This document shows positions 56,408 to 64,000 of a stretch of DNA of 64,000 bases, one piece after another. A program made the position numbers and the translations under genes. The notes beneath the pieces were generated by a model. The model made no database searches, was not told the origin of the DNA, and saw only the letters and a program-made list of their open reading frames with translations. Within the stretch, counting starts at the first letter, position 1. Every line of letters starts with the position of its first letter. The stretch is from Macrostomum lignano (Eukaryota). The stretch spans positions 19,557 through 83,556 of the forward strand of contig NIVC01002592.1 in NCBI GenBank assembly GCA_002269645.1, in the 5' to 3' direction.

Positions 56408-59106
56408 ATGTCAGCATCGCTTACTCTTTTCGGCGTGGCCGCCATCGCTGGCGCAGTCGTTTGGTTGCTGCGACGCGTCTTCTTTGGCAGCGGCAGCCGG
56501 ACGCCGAGCCCGTTCCTGCCGCCATCGCAGCTTCCGGCGCGGTCGGCAGTGGAAACGCGCCAGTCTGTTCGGGACGAATCGCTGAAGCGGGGCTTCTCCC
56601 CGGCCCGGGTGCCTGCGAATCTGGATGCCATTGTGATCGGATCCGGTATTGGTGGCCTGTCAGCGGCCGCCCTCCTAGCCCGGGCCGGCCGTCGGGTGCT
56701 GGTGCTGGAGCAGCACGACGTGGCCGGCGGCTGCTGCCACACGTTTTGGGAGCGCGGCTACGAGTTTGACGTTGGCATTCACTACATTGGAGAGATGGCT
56801 CCCGGTTCAGACATGCGAGCTCTGGTCGACCAGGTGAGTGGCTGTGTATGCGAGAGTTGTGTTCAAAGGTGCCAATCTTACTAATTATGTACGAGTATAA
56901 ATAACCATTGTCAGGAGGGTTGTGGGTACCCTGGCGCAGCGACAGCAGTCAGCAGTTATCGAGGAACAGCGACATCCTCGTACATTCTGCCCATTTAGTA
57001 CATAAGTACAAGTACATTAGGACATTAGTATACAAGCTTGCTGTACGCAGGTATGCAATCATACGAGCTATTGATGTCGTTGATATACGAGCGTACCTGA
57101 AATTGACAATTTTCTTCTTCTTCTCACTGTTAATTTGACGGGTATGCAGTGCGCAGTTTTGAGTGATTTTTTCTTAGCTCTAGCAAGTCAAGATGCATTT
57201 TTCCCCAGAACCCAGACGGACTGTCTTCTCTTTTTCCACAGTTGACAGCGACTTGAGTTCAAGCGATCAATTAGAAATATGAGGGGATTCTTGTCGGAAA
57301 TGTCGCTGCATTTTGAGCATAGCAACTCGTACCGCTCGCACCACCGCGCAGATAACGGACGGCCAGCTAGACTGGGCCCCGCTGGACCCCGACTGCTACG
57401 ACGCCATCATGATCGGTGACGACGAGACCAAGCGAGTCTACAATGTCAGCGCTGACCGGAGAAAGTTCATCGGCCTCTTGTGCGAGAAATTTCCCAATGA
57501 TGTGGACGCAATAAAAAAATTCTTCACTTTCGCAGACTCGTTACGCAAGGGCTCGGAACCTTACTGGGGTCTGAAGTTCCTGCCGCTAACATTGAGCAGG
57601 CTGCTCGCCAGGTCCGGCCTACTGAAGTACTTCTTCCCCATCTTCAGGTTTGTTGTACTTTTATATTGCTTTTTTTAATCCCTTGTTTACGAGTTCTTTC
57701 TCCGAACGAATGTGAATGGTAAGAAAAAGTCTAATACTTGTTTCTTTAGCATCAATTTTTTTTTAATTCTGACTGATGCAGTAGATTTGATTTTACCTCA
57801 TGAATGTTGTGGCATCTAGTCACACCCCACTGTTTTATGGTTCTGTTTCTTTCAACTAATACCTAGGAAACTTTCGTCTTCGCTGGAAGTTGTGGTAAGG
57901 ATGTTAAAGTAATATTGCAGCCATGGAGCTTGACCGCTTATCTCCCTCTATCCCTGAATTTGCAGGCACCTAGACGAAAGCATCGATTCGCACCTGTATC
58001 AGCTGACTGACAACCAGGAACTTCGCGCAGTTCTGAGCTACTGCTATGGCGACTACGGAACCCAGCCCAGCAAGGCCTCGGTTGTCATGCAGGCCTGGCT
58101 ATTCAATCATTTCCAAGGTGCCGGTGCATTCTACCCTGTAGGCGGTGCCAGCGAGATCGCCTACACCATCTTGCCAGTCATTCGCCGCACAGGTGGCGAG
58201 GTCCTCGTTCGGGCGCGCGTCACCCAGTTGCTGGGCAACCCAAGCACCGGTGCTATCGAGGGCGTCGTTGTCAACGGCAAATCGGAGGTCCGTGCACCGC
58301 TGGTGATATCGGCAGTCGGGCTAAACAACACGGCAGCCATCATGCCGCCTGGCATTTCCGCGGGCCGCCTTCCCGGACTTCTGAATGACATGCCGATTGG
58401 AGTGGCCGCCATGTCGGTGTTTGTCGGCCTCAAGCTGCCCACCGATCGGCCAGTCGAGTCGCTCGGCCTGCGCCGTCAAAATGTGTGGCGATTCACTGAT
58501 CCCAACCTGGACAAGTCCGTGTCCGAGTACCTGGCCTTGGACCCGCAGGAGGCCGCTGCCTCAGATGCCCCGCTGATGTTTGTGTCATTTCCCTCGCTGA
58601 AGGACCCGACGTGGGCGAAGCGGGCGGCTCTGGACCGTCTCACCTGTGCCCTGGTGACGCTCACCAACTGGGACTGGTTCGCTGACTGGTCCGACGCGAG
58701 AGTGAAGCACCGCGGTGCTGACTATGAGGGTCTGAAAGGCGCCATCGGTCGCCGCCTGTGGGAGCAGACTAAGGCCATCTTCCCGCAGCTGGCTGATCTG
58801 GAGGTTGAGGCCTTCGAGGTTGGCTCTCCCGTGACCAATAACTTCTACATCGGCTCGCGCCGCGGCGAAATCTACGGCCTTGACCATGGACTCGCCCGCA
58901 CCTCTGCCGATGGCTGCGCCCGCCTCCGCCCCGACATTGGCGTGCCCGGTCTCCTGTGCTCCGGCCAAGACGTTGCCAGCTGCGGCTTTGTCGGCGGCCT
59001 TGTGGGCGGCCTGCTGTGCGCCTCGGATGCTTTGGGCAGAAACCTCTTCTTCGACCTGGCCGCTCAGGTGCGGCAGGAGAGGCGAAGGGCCAAGCAGATT
59101 GATTAA
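56408..59106 (+). CDS. RETSAT: All-trans-retinol 13,14-reductase (retinol saturase) homolog, 620 aa; exons 56408-56833, 57352-57647, 57966-59106
   Basis: N-terminal anchor; DAIVIGSGIGGL (Rossmann), VLEQHDVAGGCCHTF, GYEFDVGIHYIG, DQ|ITDGQLDW, SYCYGDYG, GAFYPVGGASEIA, PLMFVSFPSLKDP, GSPVTNNFYI..RGEIYGLDH, GQDV. GT-AG introns, phases 0 and 2 consistent. Confidence 0.94.
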
Positions 59107-59769
59107 GCCACGGCCGTGCTGGGGAAAATTCGGTTCAGATCAGGTTAGAGACGCCAAAAACTTTGACCGAATAGAGGACTGCATAATCAAATTAAAACAT
59201 GCCAAGTTTATGAGGTTCAAGCTCTTCAAATCAAAATACTAATACACTTTTTATTATGACTAAGAGGCTATTAATAACTTATAATTGCGAGAAGATTTTG
59301 TTGACGGAGCCAGTTTTTAATAGTGTATTATTAAAATGTGTGTACGCATCTCCTTTGCTTTGTACACGTAGAAATTTGTGTTTAAAATAAATTTTGCAAT
59401 ATGCAGAATGTTGCGCAGACTTGAGGCGTAGAGTACCATGCGCCATGTGTTTTTAGAAAGTTGTGGTTTTATGTGGTTAACTAATAAATTGTCATGATTA
59501 AAACGATTTAAATTTTTAAATCAAATATATTACTAAACAAAAGTAGTTCGTTGTTCACACTTCCAAATTTCGTAAAATGTCAAACGAGTATTTTTTTAAT
59601 ATTCATTACTTTATTAACAATTATGACAACTTAGGCACATAGAGTGGAGTCCCTAATTATGCCCTTGCTTGTTCTCCTCTATCCCAAAGTCCAACTTTTG
59701 TCGCTCTTTTGCCAAACCCAACTTCCTTGTGTCACTGTGAGCAAAATGATGTATCATTTGTGTACCATG

Positions 59770-59803
59770 ATTACTCGGGCTCCACTTGTGGAGCCCGAGT
59801 AAT
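59770..59803. repeat. Perfect 16-bp-arm hairpin
   Basis: ATTACTCGGGCTCCAC-TT-GTGGAGCCCGAGTAAT. Confidence 0.85.
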
Positions 59804-60726
59804 AAGCGTCTACAAGGAAAGAAAATCGTTTAAGTGTTTTACTGTTTTATGACCAAGGAATCTCGGAATTCTTTCTGCCAACCTCAGGAGTCTTTTATCT
59901 CTCATCAGCCCTAATGCTCTAGATCCTCATGGAGCTCTGCCTAGCAAAACTGGATATAACTGGAATGGAAGCAGCTGAAGGCGCATTCTCCATTCTTCCC
60001 ATTCGTTCCCGCTATAAAAATTGCTTTCTGTTCTGCCCGCCTCCCCTCCACCTTTTCGTCTCCACTCTGCAGAGCCTCCCCTCCCTCCAGTAAAATGTCA
60101 TTAGGATAGAGTACGCTTTCTGTCGCTCTTTCTCGGCCTCTGTATTCGCTCCTATCTTTTTTAAGCCCTTATCAGGTGATAATAGTGAAATTATGAAAGC
60201 CAATCTTCGAAATTAATGCAGGCAGCTCAACAACAATCTGTTAATTTAACAGCGATCAAAAGTGACCTGTGCTCAGCATTATACTGTCTGCGTAGCACAA
60301 GCGTAACACGGCGTAACCCTGCAGTCTCTATAGTAAGGGTAGGTAGAGTGCTTGCTTAACTGTTTCGCCACTGCCCCCTTAACATTTGACACACTTCATG
60401 TGTTGCATTTGACACATCCATGCAACACATTGCCAGTAGGCTGTGAGAAGCACATCGCTATTCTTGCTGGCGTGTCTAAAAATTCCTATCCATAATTCCT
60501 CGAACCGGTTCTGGCATCCAGAGCTGAGAACCGGTTAAACCAGCTTTCAAGATCTGAGTACAAACAGGTATCTGCACCTGTCCTGTTCCTGGCCAGTTTG
60601 AAATGTACTTCATGCTCCTCAAATGCATTTTTATTTCCTTGGGACTGAGGAGGCATTGTAGCATGCTCAATGGCTTCCCAAATCCTGCTTTCCTTTTGCC
60701 CCCCCCCACTGGAAGTACGCGGGGAA

Positions 60727-60777
60727 CTGAGGCTGGCTCGTACATTGCGCCCTGAGGCTGGCTCGTACATTGCGCCC
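60727..60777. repeat. 25-bp tandem duplication upstream of the aquaporin
   Basis: CTGAGGCTGGCTCGTACATTGCGCC occurs twice. Confidence 0.85.
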
Positions 60778-60833
60778 ATTGCGTCCTTCAACTATTCAGA
60801 TTGACACACGAAGAAGAAACCAGAAGCGGAGGA

Positions 60834-61880
60834 ATGTCTGCCGAAGATCGAAGACGCTTGACCTGGTCGCGGGTCGAGTCGCGCCTGGTGCTGCGGCACC
60901 GGCCATCGCAGCTGTTCCTGTCGGAGCTGATCGGCACAGTAGTGCTGGTCATTATTGTGGACTTGGGCTGCGGCTTGGCCACCATCACCCAGCGCGGTGG
61001 CATCAAGAATTTCGTGCCCGCGGTGGGCATCGGCAACGGACTCGGTGCCATGACGGGGATCATGGTCAGCCTGCGCCTCTCCGGTGGTCACATCAATCCT
61101 GCGGTCTCATTCGCCATGTTTACCCTGCGAAAGATGAGCTTTAAACACCTGCTGCTGTACCAGTGGGCGCAATACCTTGGCGGGTTCCTGGGCGCCATGG
61201 TCGTCAATCTGCTCTACTTTCAGATCTTCAACAATCTGAACGGCGGCCAGCTGGTGGCCTTTGGCCCGAACGGCACAGCGGGAACCTTCTTTACTTTGCC
61301 GAATCCGGCCATCAACAACGGAGTGGCCTTCGCCGACCAGGTGGTGGGCACCTCCCTGCTGCTGCTGGCCGTCAGAGCCATCACGGATCCCAACAACCTG
61401 AACACGCCACCGGCTCTGCAGCCTCTGCTCATCGGGCTAGTGATCATGGGCCTCATCATCTCCGAGGTGATCGTGTCCGGCACTTGTCTGAATCCGGCGC
61501 GCGACTTCGCACCGCGCCTGGCAACTCTGGCTCTCGGCTACGGGCCGGAGGTGCTCAGCTCGCGCTCCTTCTACTTCTTGGTGCCGCTGGTGGGCCCGTA
61601 CGTCGGGGCCGTTCTGGGCGCCTGGGTCTACGAGCTGGCCTACGCCAAGCCGTTGCAGCTGCTGGTTGAGCAGGAGGCTGCGGCCGCCCTCAATGAGGAT
61701 CACGCGAATGACGACGAGGACTTTCCCACTGCCAGGGTGCAGCAGCCTCACCTCCAGCAGCGTACGCCGATATTGGCCTCTGCGACAAAGCGTCGACCAT
61801 GCGACGATGAGGACAGCGTCAAGGCGGAGTCGCTGCGGCATGCGGCAACTGCATCGCTGGAGGAGAAGGCTGAGTGCTAG
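60834..61880 (+). CDS. Aquaglyceroporin (MIP family, GLP branch), 348 aa, intronless CDS
   Basis: SELIGT, SGGHINPAVSF, AQYLGGFLGA, TAGTFFTLP, DQVVGT and LNPARDFAPRL; the Asp after the second NPA marks the GLP branch. First ATG at 60834. Confidence 0.93.
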   Translation: MSAEDRRRLTWSRVESRLVLRHRPSQLFLSELIGTVVLVIIVDLGCGLATITQRGGIKNFVPAVGIGNGLGAMTGIMVSLRLSGGHINPAVSFAMFTLRKMSFKHLLLYQWAQYLGGFLGAMVVNLLYFQIFNNLNGGQLVAFGPNGTAGTFFTLPNPAINNGVAFADQVVGTSLLLLAVRAITDPNNLNTPPALQPLLIGLVIMGLIISEVIVSGTCLNPARDFAPRLATLALGYGPEVLSSRSFYFLVPLVGPYVGAVLGAWVYELAYAKPLQLLVEQEAAAALNEDHANDDEDFPTARVQQPHLQQRTPILASATKRRPCDDEDSVKAESLRHAATASLEEKAEC

Positions 61881-62497
61881 GGTTATTTGGGTTAGGAAGG
61901 AACTTCCTAACTGATAAGATTTGACGGATGATGGAAACAAATGACAAAGTAAGAGCCAAGACCTATCAGCAAAAGGTTCACGGCTGTCTTCCAAAAAGTT
62001 ATTACCAGCACCCTTCATTGATGCCTGCTTACTTTAGTTTCTTAGTTAGGTGACCGCGCGTTTTCTCAAATCAGTTTAAAAAAGCAACTTAAACAAACGC
62101 AAAAAATATTATTTGCTTCTTTTTCCCCCACTCGGCTAAGCACATTCTGGTGCTTATCTTGCTTCGAAGTAAGCTTTGGTAGAAATTTTGATAGCGTATA
62201 GATGTTTTATTCATTTATGATTGCGCAATGATTTTGAAGGCCCACTCTTTACGAGTTTTTTTGTGCACAGTTTTAAAATTTTTTAAAGATTTTTATACCT
62301 TTCCAATATCGACACTAGGTACGAGTTATTTGTCAGCAACGTATCTGCGCGCTGATTTCGCAATGATTTTAAAGATTAAAACTGCAATACAAGCCACAGC
62401 CCTGCGCGTCTATCAGCAGCAGGCTTTTTTAGTGTCATTGCAATTGTAATCGTTTGCGTTTCATCCTTCCACTGGACGTATTTAAAAGTGATTTTAC

Positions 62498-62780
62498 AAG
62501 TGGCTTAGTGGTTGCAGCTTCGGACTCACGGCTGAAAGGTCAGGGGTTCGATTCTTCACCCACTCGGAACTATTTGTGTCCTTGAGCAAGACACTGAACT
62601 CTGCATTGCTTCAGTTCACCCAGCTGTAAAATGGGTGCCAGCATTAGCTTTGGTAATTGAGGGTGTGCGTGGCGACCCCCCAGTCCTTGGACTGAACAGC
62701 CGTACGCAGCCTTCAGATGCGCCGCGCAATAGCTGCGGCTGAGCTGTCGGTTGCACATCTGCCCATTATTATTTTACTAA
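62498..62780 (+). mobile_element. tRNA-derived SINE with a CORE/Meta-like central domain
   Basis: A box TGGCTTAGTGG and B box GGTTCGATTC, then GTGTCCTTGAGCAAGACACTGAACTC...CACCCAGCTGTAAAATGGGT, which resembles the conserved SINE core; ends in an ATTATTATTTT tail. Confidence 0.75.
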
Positions 62781-64000
62781 TAAATGCGAAACGTATTAGT
62801 TTAGTGCTAATTCTGCTAATTAAGAGACCAAAATTTTCCATATTGCATGTACTACTGTCTCTCATGTACCGGTAGGTAAAATTCTTTTCGGAGAATCAGA
62901 TTTGTTTTTAGGCGAAGAAAACTAGGCAAGGACGCAGATCTCTACCTATAACACCTTCGAAATCCTTTTGAGAGCCTCTTTGGTCACAAAAAATCACCTC
63001 CAGACCCGTTTGTTTCGTGTGTCGATGGCGGTGCTTTGAATGCAGTCCACCAGCCACTCTAACCAAAAGTGCTCATCCTACTGAAGGACGCGTGGTGAAT
63101 GGTTTCAGAAGTATTCGATGCATCGGCAGCTTTTGAATGCAATGCATCTGCATCTACCAGTCTTCTGAAAAAAGACTTGGAAACCGAAGCCTACGGCTAA
63201 ACGCTTGTTGGAGGAGCGTTGACAATTTTCATTCAGTATGCTATTCAGTAAACTACTTCGTAAATATAAACATAATAAGCATTTATAAACACAGGGAACG
63301 ATCAGTCCGATCCTCTTTTACCAAAGCGCTCGTTAAAGTTTCTAAAAATACATGGGTCCATGAGATTTTCTTCCTTATGTATTGCATTATTGTGGACAGA
63401 AAGTATTAGGAAAAAGAGGTTCGCAAGGTCTCTAGGCGGAAACTAAGGTAAACAATAAAAGGCTAATACGGAAATTGTCAGGAAGTTGAAGAGATGGTGG
63501 ACATTTCTGGGGCAGCAGCTGGTCCAGCCGATTCCCCTGCATGGATGAAAAACACACGCAAGACAAAGTAGAACGAGTCGAGTCAAACAAAGGTAGCGAA
63601 AAACAATGGGAAAGAAATGTGTTCTCAATCCCTCCGTGGATTGAATCGAAAGGCATTATAAGTATTGGTGGCCAACCGCATTAGAGTGAAATAGCTTGGG
63701 TTCGCACACTGACTGGATTTCTCACCCTATAGGTTAGCATAGACTGCTACAGCGAAAGAAAATGATGAGACAGGGCAGTGAAAGAAGGCAATACAGGAGA
63801 CCGAGGGGTTAACTGAACGGCAGCGTGACCTGGCCTGCTGTCCCCAGTCACGAAAGCGCAGTCAATGTGCCAGGTGCATAAAAACCAAGGCCGTTCTGGA
63901 TGCAAGCTTTGTGTGTCACTCGCAAAAATGCTGTGGCATACAGGCACCGCTCAGATCAATGATCCCAACGCCAAGACTCAATCATCTGAAGTCCACGCCA

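Noticed and set aside
50926-61914. Alternative-frame and antisense ORFs over SLC26, RETSAT and the aquaporin
   Set aside because: Shadow ORFs of GC-rich coding sequence with no recognisable motifs.
62498-62570. Functional tRNA gene
   Set aside because: A/B boxes are present but I cannot fold a cloverleaf with an acceptor stem, and it continues into a SINE body.

Overview
Eukaryotic (invertebrate animal) genomic DNA: GC-rich exons, short GT-AG introns and AT-rich, repeat-dense intergenic DNA. The style resembles a free-living flatworm such as Macrostomum, but I cannot establish the taxon from sequence alone. Host genes: 3' end of COQ8/ADCK (1-755,+), an orphan 4-TM ORF (10487-11023,+), PMPCB (4 exons, 13876-25115,+; exon 1 is a 21-codon mitochondrial presequence not in the ORF track), a candidate 51-aa spliced microprotein (33291-31801,-), an orphan acidic TM ORF (45868-46332,+), an SLC26/STAS transporter (50970-54435,+), RETSAT (56408-59106,+) and an aquaglyceroporin with an atypical filter (60834-61880,+). 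Mobile DNA: a young, internally deleted Ty3/Gypsy LTR element, a PHD-FLYWCH-MULE inside PMPCB intron 1, a Mutator-type foldback, Tc1/mariner, P-element, Crypton and RTE remnants, a tRNA-derived SINE and many MITEs. Most striking observations: (1) a 6x73-bp tandem expansion in the SLC26 STAS exon whose units each run GT...CAG, so removing five units as an intron restores the frame exactly; (2) a 6.6-kb nest with 17 CCATAGAC/GTCTATGG ends arranged like nested brackets around Crypton-like remnants; (3) kilobase CpG-free intronic tracts with a CG>TG/CA decay signature. No rRNA, true tRNA or CRISPR array was found. All family assignments are from motif recognition; no database searches were run.
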